In this document: positions 30,695 to 44,900 of the stretch, piece by piece | Numbering within the stretch: the stretch's first letter is position 1 | How the letters are laid out: each line of letters opens with the position of its first letter | Source: Eledone cirrhosa | Lineage: Eukaryota | DNA: 64,000 nucleotides | Assembly (NCBI GenBank): GCA_964016885.1 | Contig: OZ024741.1 | Span: 407,278,001 to 407,342,000 of the forward strand | Reading direction: 5' to 3' | Notes under the pieces: model-generated | Told to the model about the DNA's origin: nothing | Seen by the model: only the letters and a program-made list of their open reading frames with translations | The model's database searches: none | Position numbers and translations under genes: made by a program

Positions 30695-31792
30695 ATATTT
30701 TAAAGTGCTCAGGATTTCCTCTCCTTTGAGCACATTATTTACAGGTAACGGCGAGAGTCTATGGCTCCGTTAATGTATCGTGATATATATATATCTACAT
30801 AATATTGAAGCGGAATCATCGGAAGAACCGGTGTATCTCCGATTGTTATGTCACTCACTCAATGCTTTAGTTAAGCCAGCATCACCATAATAATGAGAGA
30901 AACAATTTCGAGTGGATAGAGAATTTAATTCTCTGTCCCCGGACTAGGCACTAGTTTCTGTTACCCATCTGCTGGCAGCAGTCCGTGTTGGACTAGCGTG
31001 TACAGATATTAGGTAATGCTATTAAACATTACCTAACCGGCTAAGAGTAACTTTATAAGCGGGGGGGGGGGGTAACCTTCTCGGAACAGGTCAAACACTA
31101 GCCCACTGTATTAGGTGTGGAATGGCTGTTACAATAGTCAGCGCTACTATCAGTGTCATGTGACAGTGAAAGGATGCTAAACTAGTGTTCCTTATTTTTG
31201 AGGAGCATGATGGTCATTTTAACAAATTGAAAAGTATAAAGAATGAGCCATGGAATCACTCGACCAGACCTTCAGTATAGAAAGATAAGACAACATGGCA
31301 AACAATTAATAAAAATCAGATTAAAATGTTCAACTTACAATTTGTATGTGGGTTATTCTGGGAGTTAAAATATTAATATTGAAACGAAGTCATCGGAATA
31401 ACCGTTGTGTCTCCGATCTTGCTGTCACTCACTCAATACTTTAATTAAGGGTTCATTCTACTGACATGGCTATACAATTGAGGCTTGTTTGCATAATTGC
31501 AAACGAATCGAATGTTATTATTAATATTCGAAAAACTCAGATTACATTTATTGTATTCAGCCATGTAGAGCGAAACTTTCTTTTTTTTTGAATTTGGCAA
31601 AGCCGGCCATTTATCGCTCGTATACAGGAAACTGACTGGTCAGTATGCTCATATGCAAATCTGGCTGATCAGTGGATCTGCTAATATGCAGATCTGACTG
31701 ATCAGCCAGTCTGCTAATATGCAAATCAAGCTGATCAGTCAATATATATTTTAGAAAATAGCATATATTTTCATAGCTTTGACAGTTGGCAG

Positions 31793-31858
31793 GTGAACAG
31801 TGAGCTGTACTGATGAAGGGTGATACCCAGAAACATTAATGTCTGCAGTTCTGTTCGC
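31793..31858 (+). ncRNA. Type I hammerhead ribozyme motif
   Basis: gtgaacag-tg-AGCTGTA CTGATGA aGGG tgata CCCa GAAA CATTAATG TC TGCAGTT-ctgttcgc. Long stem I, palindromic stem III and a GUC site; A.A mismatch at the base of stem II. Confidence 0.75.
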
Positions 31859-32088
31859 ATGCCAACACAAGAGAAAGAATGAAGTGTTCATTCTACTGAC
31901 ATGGCTATAAAATTGAGGCTTGTTTGCATAATTGCAAACGAATCGAATGTTATTATTAATATTCGAAACACTCAGATTACATTTATATATATATATATAT
32001 ATATGGAATTTGTGTATTTAAGAGGTAATTATTCGACCATGAGCACCTCGGCTTTCTACTCGCGACTTCACCACAGACACACATACCC

Positions 32089-32131
<43 letters not shown>

Positions 32132-33134
32132 GAGAGAGAGGGGGAGTGAGGTGAGCTTTGGATTCTATATCTACTTTATATGGCATAGATATATATTACT
32201 GCATAATATTTGGTAGTTCGTTAGTCTTACGACTGCTGGGCAGTCTACATTGTAGTCTGGATGTTTTGTATCCACCTTTATCGAGTGAAACATTAAGCAA
32301 TGGGTATTGGCTCTTTGGACCTTCCTGTTTCTGGATTTAATACCGAAAGCTAAGACGTCACGTTTAATTAATTTACATAATATTTGCCAAAAATATAGAA
32401 AATTAAGATAATGGAAAGGGGGAGACATCGATATATTCTACATCCCAGCCTATGCAGTATATGTCAATCGCACGCCTTGGGCAGAGAACAGCCAGCGACA
32501 CCTACTGCATCAGCCATTTCAACTCACGTTCTACTTTCCTAAGGTGGGATGCATTCCTCCCAATTACTTTTTATGTGAAGTAAATGGCAGTTTGTGCAAG
32601 GAGGACACTAGTGGCGTGGTGCTGACAACAGAGAAAGATATATTCTCTCTATATATATCTATATGTTTCCATGTAAATATGACAGCAAAACATACAATCT
32701 TCTCACAGTGGACCTATGTTGATCTGAGAAACATATTTGTCTCATAGCCTGACTTTCTTTGAATCATGCAAAGTAATAAATTTGACAAAGTATTGTGAAT
32801 GCAGTTTGCCTAATACTTCGAGAAATCTATGCATCATGTTGGTATTAGATTCTATAATTGAATGTTTGAATTATCGATTACTCAGCAGTGCTGTATCAAT
32901 TAATTAACCCTCTAAATTAACTGGTGTATTATTTGTATGTTATTAAAGCTGTCCTAGATTACGGACCATAATTGGGCTGAAGACTTAATCTGTCACCCTA
33001 TTTAAAATACAGGCTTAGATATTCTCTGTCTTTGGCGGAGTCTAACGCATTTCAAGTATTTATACTTTATTTTAAGGATACGCTAGCACTCTCTCTTAGC
33101 AGTCTCGGCGGTCTGATTAAACAATTAATTAAAT

Positions 33135-33210
<76 letters not shown>

Positions 33211-33212
<2 letters not shown>

Positions 33213-33680
33213 TAAAGACCTGAAGATCCGTCTCTTCATTGCTGTAGTCGAGTCTGTGCTGCTGTACGGGTCTGAGACTTAGACACTGACCAAGAAACTC
33301 ACTCAGATGGTGGATAGCTGCTACACGAGAATGCTGAGGTTGGCTCTGAATATTAATCAATATACACCGAGGATGAAGAACTTAGAGCTGTACGGGAGCC
33401 TCCCAAAAGTCAGCTCGAAAGTAGCACAGAGGAGACTGAGGTTGGCTGAATATGCTCACCGATGTCCAGAGTTGACACTGCACTCAGTACTCCTGTGGGA
33501 GCCCGTGCATGGACACACTGGAAGAGGAAGACCGAGGTTAACATATGTTGATGCCCTCTAAGGACAGACACTGGTCTGTTGGAGACGCAGGACATGACAG
33601 CGATAATGAGGGATAGAGACCACTGGAGAGAACTTGTCCATGGATCTCGGGAATTTTACCCGCCCTAGATAGATAGATAT
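33211..33680 (+). mobile_element. 5'-truncated RTE-like LINE 3' end
   Basis: KDLKIRLFIAVVESVLLYGSET*TLTKKLTQMVDSCYTRMLRLALNI...LLWEPVHGHTGRGRPRLTYVD is a typical RTE-clade ORF2 C-terminus, here with stops; (TAGA)n tail; starts at a (TA)n tract. Confidence 0.85.
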
Positions 33681-34057
33681 AAAATATTATTGGCTCTGCT
33701 GGCATTAATTAACCAGATCGAACGTACACTGGTGTTCCTTCAAAAATAGAATTATGTAGAAAATACTTTACCAAGAACGTGATATAAACCATTTGGTTAA
33801 TAAGAATAAATAATTATTGTAGCCTAGAGATTTAGTTAGACTAATAATGTAGTAAGATTAATGTATATAAACTAGCTACATTCTAAAGACTAACATTTTC
33901 AAGAAAATCCCGTTCTCAGCAAATAAGCTATTGCTACATGTATGTATAAATGAGTGTCTGTATGTATGACTGCCTCTATGTATGTATGTACTTACCTATG
34001 AACATAAGCATGCCGTAAGTACGGACGTAAGCAACGACGTATATATACATATATGTA

Positions 34058-34153
<96 letters not shown>

Positions 34154-34431
34154 TATAATAATAAGAAAGTGGAGGTGTTACATCAAGAATTTGTTCATAT
34201 ATATATATATAAATAAATATATAGAGAGGTAGAACACTGGAAGGTAATATCCGTAGTGGTAGAGGACTCAGTCCATGGGACGAGTTCGGTTGAAGAAGTA
34301 ACACAAAAGTTAGTTCACCACACGGAGAGCAACTGTTTCAGCTTAGCGGATCTTCAGCTCGGACTGGACCAGTCTAACTGTTGTGTTACTACTTCTACAC
34401 ACATACACACACACACACATACGCACACACC

Positions 34432-34597
<166 letters not shown>

Positions 34598-35077
34598 TAA
34601 ATAAATATAAATAAATAAAGGATATCCGTTGATAAAAGACCAAGAAAAACCAATGCGCAATCTATTGCAAGAATCATTATTTAGTATAATTAAAATTTAG
34701 TAAAATTAATATTCTAAGTTTGTACATACTTGTTAAGTGTATTTTAATTATATTATATATACATATATATATGTAAGTACTTATGACATTTTCTATGTGA
34801 TAAACAATATCAAGTTTGTGTATGTAATGATATCGCAAGAAATTCGCTACTTTTCCGTATAGAAGAATAGAAAGTATTTCAGATGAAACGATAATCTGAT
34901 TATAATGTGATTGATTTGAGAATAGTTGAAACTGTTTGTATAAACAATCTGAAAATACTCAGATGCCATTGAAATGACTACTGTTAAAGTATAGGTTTCA
35001 TAGACTAACATACTAGAATTTCTTATGGATATTTGGTACAACTGTCATCATAAAAAAAGGACATTATTAATTAGTTA

Positions 35078-35272
35078 AGGGCAGTGGATTGGCAGTATCG
35101 GTAGAGGGCCGGACGCCATGCTTTGCAGCATAGAGTTATGGCCCTTTATGATCTGAGTTGAAATCCCGCCGAGGTTAACTTTGCCTTTCATCCTTACGGG
35201 GTCGATAAAATAAAGTACCAGTAATGCACTTGGATAATTGCTGGCCTTGTGCCTAAAGTAGAAATAATTATT
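35078..35272 (+). mobile_element. SINE family A
   Basis: Same head and core gccgaggttaactttgcctttcatccttacggggtcgataaaataaagtaccag. Confidence 0.85.
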
Positions 35273-35494
35273 AATTAGTTAAGGGTGTTGTATTATAATC
35301 CATGATTTTGTATGATCAAGTCATGAATGGAGGAAACACTGAGAGTAGGATTTTATTTTCATGTTGCGTTAGATTTTAAATATAGTTGAACAGGGATTAG
35401 TGTTGCCTTACTGGATTGTTAATTGATCATTTAATAATTATTGAATATGGATTCTTATTGAAAAATGAAATATCATTTCATTGATAATTATTGA

Positions 35495-35684
35495 AAGTGG
35501 TAGATTGGCAGAATCGGTAGAGCGTCAGACACCATGCTTTCTAGCATAGTTACGTCCCTTTACAGTCTGAGTTCAAATCCCGCCGAGGTTAACTTTGCCT
35601 TTCATCCTTACGGGGTCGATAAAATAAAGTACCAGTAATGCAGTGGATAATTGCTGGCCTTGTGCCTAACGTAGAAACAATTAT
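35495..35684 (+). mobile_element. SINE family A
   Basis: Near-identical to the 35078 and 47986 copies. Confidence 0.85.
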
Positions 35685-35894
35685 TGAAAGATTTAGAAAT
35701 ATGGGGGAATTTCGTTTACTCAGGTTGGGGGGGGGGGTATGTGAGCATATTAGTAGGAAACTGCTGTATGAGATTCTATTCCTTCATAGTTAATTGTGTC
35801 GATTAACATAATGTGTGTGATTTGGTTGTAGTAATAGCAAGTTTAACAAGTTATGAGATAAATATTACAAAATATAATATAAATATAGGGTAAG

Positions 35895-36165
35895 TGTAAA
35901 GAACCCCTTCGGTCACCAAGGACCAAGGGATTTGCACCTAGAATATTCTCCGAGGTTCAAATCCGGGCAAGGTTGTTTGTAGAAGACCAGCAGTTGCCCA
36001 TACATACCAGTCTCCTCTCTCCACACCACTGATGTTGTCCAAGGGAAGGCAATGACCAATACAGCATGGCATCTGTGACGTCACAACTCTTTTCTGCTGC
36101 TCAGTAACCTGGAGGAAAGTGAAATAACGTGTTTTGCTCAAAGACACAACGCATCACCAGGTCTA
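35895..36165 (-). mobile_element. SINE family B body, minus strand
   Basis: gtgaaataacgtgttttgctcaaagacacaacgcatcacc is the reverse complement of the family B core at 39022-39065. Confidence 0.65.
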
Positions 36166-36985
36166 AGCACTAAGCAATAGGCTTTCACAAATAGAAATAT
36201 ATGAAGGACATTAACCTGTATAAATAAATGACTATGTTATTAGTTGAGGAAATTAATTTATAAATTTCAAGAAATCCAGAAAAATGTTTCCCCTAAGAAA
36301 TATTTAGTAAGAAATAATCAGAACCTAAAGACATTTCAACGAAATCTTTTCCTATCGAGTTAGTTTATATTATAGCTGGAAATAAATTATATAAAAACAA
36401 GATTAACGTATATTTCTTTTGTAAAATAGATGGGGCGAAATATAGATTATAGGGGGTAGATGTTATGATGAGGGGTGGTGGAAGGCGATGATATAATGAT
36501 GATAATAATAGATTTATAAACTACTCATGACAATGGGAATTTAACTCGGATAAATTTGATGACTAATTAAACAAAATGTTGCTATAAGTATCTAATATCC
36601 ATAGGGATAAGGTGTTGAAAGGAGCTCTTTTCTCCAATAACACAACAAATAAATAAATCACATTATTCAGTGTCTCCAGTTCCCGCTATATTTACAGGTT
36701 TCAATAAACGTACACCATATATAGCAACCAAATAACAAATAAAATGCATTGTTACTTGTATATTGTTTCAGAAGAATTATAGGGTAATCAATATATCTAT
36801 ATCGATCTATATGTATACATCTATATCTATATCTATTTCCCACTCTACTACCCTAAGTATTGAGTACTCTGGTGCGTTATGGTCCAGCTGGTTCCTTACC
36901 ACAATTCCTTTGTTATACATATATATATATATATATATAATATATATTTATAATATATTTACATATATGTATATATGAATATATG

Positions 36986-37022
<37 letters not shown>

Positions 37023-37141
37023 AATATATAAAAAGAGATAGAGAGCGAGAGAGAGAGAGAGAGAGAGAGGGAAGGAGGACGGGAGATATAGATTGGGGGT
37101 TACCAGTTTACGATTAGGTACTCGATACTTCGGAAAGTAGA

Positions 37142-37182
<41 letters not shown>

Positions 37183-38038
37183 TTAGAGTTAAGACGACGT
37201 TACTAAGTGATAATTACTTTATTGTATGATATATATTTGTATTGTATGGTTATGCATGTTACTTCATCAGATGATCATACAACCATAGGTGTAGTTATGC
37301 AATCATGGGCATATATTGCTGGTCATGTATTACCAGCCAGTTGTGATATATACATATATATACATACATATATATATATATATTAATTTTCATATTTTAT
37401 ACACGGTTATCTATTTATTGATAGAAGGCAGGGATAGTATTATTACGGAAGTGACGAAAGATGACAGATAGCAGAGATTTAGAGAATGCTGCAGAAAAAA
37501 TGATAAATTTAGCATTATAACAGAAACGATAAGATTTATTGTTTTATTGAGCCACATATTAACATTATCTGAATACATATAGTTAAGCTACAAGATACTG
37601 AACCACTTAATATATATTTCTTTAGGGCTGTTGTTTATCCCCGTTACATGGTGTCACAACACTTGACGTTGTTTTTCTGAAATGTCATTTGTTGTTCAAT
37701 GATAAATTAATATTAATTATATGGCACTGATTCTGTAGAATCTCTAAGGAAATTAGGCTACAATTGACTAATAACTATGTTTCAGTCGGTCACATCACTG
37801 ATTTATATCATGTCTTCATTTTCCTTCTAGAATATGGTTTTTATTACCCATAATTTGTAGAAATATATTTGAATGTTACTAATTATCTCGTATGTTTATT
37901 TGAATTTACTCTTACTCTTACCTTCATCCAGACACACACGTCCCCCCATATATATATATAAATATACAGTATATTGCCAAATATACTATACATACATTCA
38001 TATATACACCGCTATTTCAGAGTACCAGTCCTAATACC

Positions 38039-38094
<56 letters not shown>

Positions 38095-38258
38095 GTTATT
38101 AGGATTGGTCTCTGAAATAGCGATGTATATATGAATGTATGTATAGTATATTTGGCAATATACTGTATGTTTAATTAAAACCCTTAGAAGACCATGCGCT
38201 ATCAGTTTTAAAGTAGTGACTATGTCACTTATTTCTTTTCGGTGAAAGAAGGGAGAGA

Positions 38259-38300
38259 AGCTGATAGTCTGTTTCACGCTGATTGGCGTTCATCAGAGCT
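38259..38300 (-). ncRNA. Degenerate hammerhead ribozyme motif
   Basis: Reverse complement reads AGCT CTGATGA ACGC caatca GCGT GAAA CAGACTA TC AGCT; stem III has a C.A mismatch. Confidence 0.65.
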
Positions 38301-38950
38301 ACGCACTCCCTGCTTCCGCCAAAAATTATAGAAGCTGGATTCTTATAGAATTCCAGTAATAATCAGGAGCTGATTATACAGAGAGATTGCCGGTCCAGCA
38401 AAAATTAGGTATTAGGATTGGTGCTCTGAAATAGCGATATACACACACACGTACATATATATATATATATATATATATGCGTGCATGTGTGTGTGTGTGT
38501 GTGTTTTGTATGTGTTTGTTTGTATGAATGTATGTGTGTATTTAATTGGTATCATTAGAATAGATTTTATTTCTTTAATTAATTTCAGTAGATATTCAAA
38601 TGTTATGTCGAGGATTTATTTGGGTATATTTACATTCCGATTCATTACTATCACTAAGAAACTTAAATGCCGTGATCTAAGCACATCTGGCTGATATTGG
38701 TTACTATTTGTAGGTATAAATCACCAATGCAAGGATCAACTTAGTTATTGGGATTATCTAGACTGAGTTTATCTCTTTGCAGATGTGATAAACGACGTGC
38801 GAGACCGCTTATAGCATGCAATATCAAACCGCAATGGGAAGTCATCATAGAATGATATATTACTGATTTCATTCTCTTTAATATTATCTAAACTACTTCT
38901 TCAATGTACTCAGCATGAGGAGATATCTTTTGAAAGGTTCAGGCCACAGT

Positions 38951-39095
38951 GAAGGCGCATCACTTAGTGGTTAGATCATTGGGTTTGCAATCGAAAGGTT
39001 GTGAGTTCAATTCTCGGACCGGGTGATGTGTTGTTTCCTTGAACAAGTCACTTTATTTCACGTTGCTCCAGTTTACTCAGCTGTAGAAATGAGAT
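38951..39095 (+). mobile_element. tRNA-derived SINE, family B (5' part)
   Basis: cttagtggttag...gagttcaattctc...tccttgaacaagtcactttatttcacgttgctccag. Confidence 0.7.
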
Positions 39096-40800
39096 GATAG
39101 AACTGGGGTCCCTATCATTAAAATTACCCAAGACACGTCCAACGAGATATACCTTGGAGGAGGCCAGCTAAACCTACATGGGTGTGAGCTGTCACACACA
39201 CATCACACACACAGGGAAATATAACCTACCCTTTTATTTTGATCTTGGATGATACATTAATATGGTTATGTAAATTTCTCATTTACTATTGATGTAATTA
39301 ATACAGACCTGTTGTATTTAAATAAGAAAATAAGCTAAGTTGATATAAGATGACAGAAGTCACTTTAGATTAATTTAATCAACGAAAGTAAATAATAATT
39401 GCTGTCGCATAAGTTTTTAGCTTTTAATTAAGTACTCGTCAGTCACCGTATATTATTATTAATCAAATATGATATAACTATCAACTAAGGTTTGCAAACA
39501 ATATTTTAAATTGATGTAACTTTTCATTGTCGCATTCCTCTATATAATATTAACGCCTCCTACATAACAGGGTCGAGGTGCGCTTTACAACTTCAAACGT
39601 ATCTCATTTTCTGCTAAGTCATATCTTCTATGATTATACGTTTTATCATTGACATGATTCTAGTGGAAGAAAGTGGTAGTAGATTATGATAACCTATAGA
39701 CTGATATCTTATAATCATATCCTGTATTCTGAAAAGCTATCAACTCTTTCATTTCAGTTATAATTATCGATGATTTCGCTTCTATTAAAACGATGTTTAA
39801 ATACTAGCTACAATATTTCGCAGCAGTACTATGTATTGATAAGCTAAAGTAATGTTCTGACAGTTTATAAAGCTCTGGAGTATAATCTCTGAACAACGAA
39901 GAGTGTAATGTCTGCATTGTCTAGACTAATATAATTATGTTATATCTCAACAAATGATGACTAATTGGGTAAGAGATACATTACTGATCAATGCAGAAAT
40001 CATTACTATATAGTTTGCTGTTTAGTAATATTTGATTTCAGACAGGAACATCTCGATTTTAAACATGTTAGATCCTGCTCGTATCAATTATTTTCTAAAG
40101 TAGCTATTAATAACATAGTTATTTCATGTTTGCCTTAGGAAATAATACTAATTATATAATTGATAAAATCTTGAAAGCGAATGTGCTTCGCTATTTAGAA
40201 GTTTTGAACCATGTAAGAAATAGTTACTAATGTTTTTGTTTAGTTTCAATAAACTTGTTTCTTTATCTAAATCATAATTAAGAGAAATCGGATAAATTTC
40301 AAATTTCAAGGAATATATGTTTTGCAGTCCATCTTGTAGTTCCTGTATGTAAGCTTATTTTCTTTTTTATGAAATCGTTTTTTTTTTTTTTTTTTTTTTT
40401 AGATTAATTTGAATTAGTTTGACACCTATATTAATAAACTAAATATGGTTGAAATAATTTGTTTCAAAATACGTTTAAAATTCATAACACTACATGATAG
40501 ACATGATAGACACTTTCAACGTATAATCTATTCGAAATATAGTTTTAAATTAAAACTCGCAGACGACACTTGAAATCATAGGTTATATATTCATTTACTC
40601 TTAATGTTTATTTGGTCTCTACTTAGTTGTCGATATTTTGCTAACATTATATCTTAGCAATTTTTTTTCGTGGTGGCTCTAAATTACATCCGTTCTATTA
40701 TTGCTTCAATACGTTTAACATCTTCTCCGGGATAATTTGTCTGTGTAATGTAGAAGTATTTCGCGAACTTCAGAGTGGAATGGTATTCAGGAAAGATTGA

Positions 40801-41125
40801 TACCAATGTTATTATTTATTCAACATTGTGTATCATACATAATTAACCTGATATAGTTTCTAGCAATTGTGTATAGGGGTACCAGTAATGTTATTTATTG
40901 AACATTGGGTATTATACATACTTAACCGGATGTAATTTCTAGTAATTGTATATAGAGGCAGCATTAATGTTATTTATTACACATTGGGTATTATACTTAT
41001 TTAAGCAGATATAGTTTCTAGCAATTGTATATAGAGGCAACATTAATGTTATTTATTCAACATTGTGTATCATACATACTTAACCTGATATAGTTTCTAG
41101 CAATTGTGTATAGAAGCACCATTAA
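40801..41125. repeat. Minisatellite, ~80-bp unit, ~4 copies
   Basis: Repeated aatgttatttattcaacattg(t/g)gtat(c/t)atacatacttaacctgatatagtttctagcaattgt(g/a)tatag. Confidence 0.85.
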
Positions 41126-41739
41126 TCATAATGTTGGATAGCATTCAGAAAAGCCATTGCAGCGGAATGTCAGGTAAGATGTTTGAAGCTCTTTCTACAC
41201 ATGATGCACATTATATCCAGTGTTCCTTGATTTTATCTGTTGCCTTATTCATTATGTATCAGTAGTTACAGTTTTTCTAATGGCATAATTTCTCGATATT
41301 ATTTTTCTGATGATGTAATTCTTGTAACAATATTTTAATTGTTAATATCTGATTGACGGAGAAATATTTGGATGACGTCGTTTGGCTTTATTTCATGTTA
41401 ATTTGTGTTTTTATTTCATTGCAATTTGTTTATTTTATGCTTCTGCTTATTTATAAATATGAGTTATATAAATTATATGATGTAAAGTGATACTCTTTGG
41501 CCTTTATTTAGATTTAGAAATGCATGAAATGTTTTGTTAAATAAACATAAAAACTAGCAACGTTTAGATTCATTTTGATTTTATAATTGGTACTGTAGTG
41601 TTGATGCTTCGGTATGAAACAAATTATATTTATATTGCAATCTAAATAATACGTTATAATGAATAGCAATCACACAGATACAGAGACAAAAACACAAACA
41701 CAAACACACAAATATATATATATATAAATATATATATAC

Positions 41740-41900
41740 GCGACGGACTACTGTAGTTTCTGTCAATTATATTCCACTGACATGGTATTAATCAAACCGA
41801 GACTATAGTATAAGATACGTGCTCAAGGTCTCACGCCATGAGAGTGAACCCAGAACCATGAGGTTATGAAACTAGCTCCTCAACCACATATCCATGCATG
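41740..41900 (-). mobile_element. Diverged tRNA-derived SINE, minus strand
   Basis: Reverse complement has tgtggttgaggagctag (A-box-like), gggttcactc (B-box-like) and accttgagcacg core. Confidence 0.5.
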
Positions 41901-44900
41901 TGTATATCTAATTCATATACCTTATATGCTATACACTTATTTATTGTACTTATACTGTACAAGATCTAAAAGGAAATTAGAATGAAACGCAACATGAAAA
42001 TAGTGTTTTCTCGTATTTAAGCCTATGAATTTAGTGTAAATAAAACTCAGAATTGCATGATAGAATTTTAACAGAGCAACAGTATTTCCTATCACTCTAG
42101 TTACATTTGTATAAATTTATAAATTACTCGATCTTATTGTAATGTGGTTACTATGGGCCGTATAGATATGTATGGATATTTTTGCGAGAGGATATCGTAA
42201 AGGCAAACATATATACAAATATAAATTTCTATACATATATATTGTATAGAAATCTTTGTAAAATGTGATAATGTCAATTATACATTTAGCATAAAGCTTA
42301 CATATATAAATTTGATATATATCTAGACAAATGAGAACACGTATATACAACTTTAAAAGCTATTTGGTCATGACATTTTATAGTTAAAACTCATATTGTA
42401 GAATTTCCTTTGAGATTCGTTTGTGAAAATATTTTGTGAGATCCTGACGTTCTTACTTTAAATAAAGCCATTCAGAACGCAATATTGAAGGAGATAATGG
42501 CACTTATATGTGTTCATATATTGGCTTTATCATAAGTATGTGACATATGTTATTTTACTACGAACTAGCTCTTTGTTTAGTTAAGTATTTTATGTAGGGA
42601 ATCTTGGAAAACGACATGCGTTATTTCCTAAACCATGGCTAATATTTGAATTTTTCCAGATCTAAGTAACATTTGAAGCGATATTTCATAGGTTAGGTGT
42701 GGTAAATTACAGCTGCACCCCCTTAATTTATAAATATGGAGGCTGAGAATATTTGGATGGGAATTACCCATTTACAAGTTCTATAGAAATATTAGTTTCT
42801 TATATAGGCAATTCTATAGAAATATTGATACTACGTTATGTCACATACCTAGGTTTAGACCCCCCCCCCCACACTCTGCCAACTACCATACTATTAGATT
42901 CATTCACAGTACCTTACATATTAAGACAGCAGCTAAGTATCTTAATATCTCAATCCGTCTTAAGCGACACGTGCTACCAATAGGGTTTCCTTAGCACCAA
43001 GGTCAAGCTGACGGTTAGTGTTCGCTAATGGCTACACTAATGGCTTCCTGGCCAAAACAAATTGACTTCAACCAAACCCTTGCCGTCCTCCGGGAAAACG
43101 CCTTCTCCATTCAGTCCACCGGGGCTGCGGGGAGGCCTCCAATTTGATTGACTGACTTGTCATTTTATCAGTCAGATGTTTTCGGCTCATAGGGTATAGG
43201 GCCACCTCACCAGCACGTACACTTACAATTTTTCAAAAACAAACCTCCACAAAAGTTAACATGGCATAGGCACACAAAAGACTTACTCTGATACACATAC
43301 ACATACGTATTCAAACCATCGATTGTGTGTGATATATAAATGTCTAGATAATTTACTTGTGTTTGTGATTCAGACACCTTTCATTTGTCAGATCACAATT
43401 CTCGTGTCAGACATTATATTTTCTCAGTAGAGATGTACACCAATACTCGGTATTGGCTCCACACCTATCTGTCTCAATATATATCCCTTACTTGCTATTA
43501 GTTTCAATTATAGATAAATCTATAAGGATTTATCACCTTTTACTCACTTAAACCACCTGCAGCATTTCCAACCAACTAAATGTTTTATGGAAATAATGCA
43601 CAGATTATAGGAATAGAGAACAAGAAAGAGTCGTTCAATAAATACATACGTAATATTCTAGAATACAACAATCGATACACCCACCATGGACACAGTCCTA
43701 TACGGCTCTCCTATTCCATTTAAACAAAACACAATCAGTTCCTGCTAGTTCTAAGACTTATAATTTCTGGTGCTGTCATGTTAGCATGATAAACCTTTCT
43801 TCTCTACGTACTAATAATAGAAAATACTTCAACTCAGATCAGTTAATCCTCCTTTACAAATGGGACACAGGAACAAGCTAAAATGCAGTTCGCGTATCTG
43901 GGGTAATACTGCTGCTACACACTCCATAATTTTACACCTTTCCCCTAAATGGCACTACGAATGGTTGGTAAATACTTACGAGCTGCACAGTCATTGATCT
44001 ATAGATGTGCAATTGCCCATTGATATGTCATTTACCACCATCAAAGCAATAGTCTCAACACCTTCGAAATATGGTGATGAAAGCCCTCTCGAATTAGCAG
44101 GTCATTATACTTCTATTCTTGTATGTTTAAACTTCCAACGAAACAGTCTTCCCAATCATTTCTCCCACATCTGTAAGAATCTTATATTACTTCACAACCA
44201 ACAATTTTCTAAGTGATGAAATCTTAGATAGATTCAAATTAAAAAGTCAACAATATTTCGTCATTCCGGCAAGATTAGTGCTACACAATATCGTCAATTT
44301 CTTAATTTATCTTGATATTGTTGAGGAAAATATTCGATTTACTAAAACAATTAATCCCAAATTGAGTAATAAGTTGAAAAATAATCATACATTATATGTA
44401 GGAAATAATGAATTATATAAAATATTAAAACATAAAGTTTGAGACTTTAAAACAAATATACATGAGTGAATTATTTGTTTATATTGGCATTAAATTAAAA
44501 TACTATACAATATTAATAAAGGTATATATCTCTCATTGTGCTATATAGTCTAACATATAGCTCCTACACACGTGAATATAAATCTAGCCTATATCATTAT
44601 TGCCTTCCTTAACATGATTCTCTGCGCACTGATAAATATGTTGTATATTTTGCATATTATTTTCATAGTTTTGTATATTATACTATTTTATGTTTCTTAT
44701 TTCGTAGCAAGCTTCAGTTCATTTATATTGTGTATGCATTGTTTCTTTCACTTGAAAGTATTTCATTTCTATAAAAAAAAACTCTTCTTTCACAAGCTAA
44801 GTATTTTCATATTCTTCTTTGCATTTTCCTATATTATACAGGCTGCAATCCATCTATTTGTCCATTTTCATTTGATTAATTTTTTCATTTTATCATTTAC

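Noticed and set aside
37245-37280. Minus-strand CTGATGA near TA tracts
   Set aside because: No properly placed GAAA or stem II; the same applies to isolated CTGATGA at ~2285, ~41308 and ~52213
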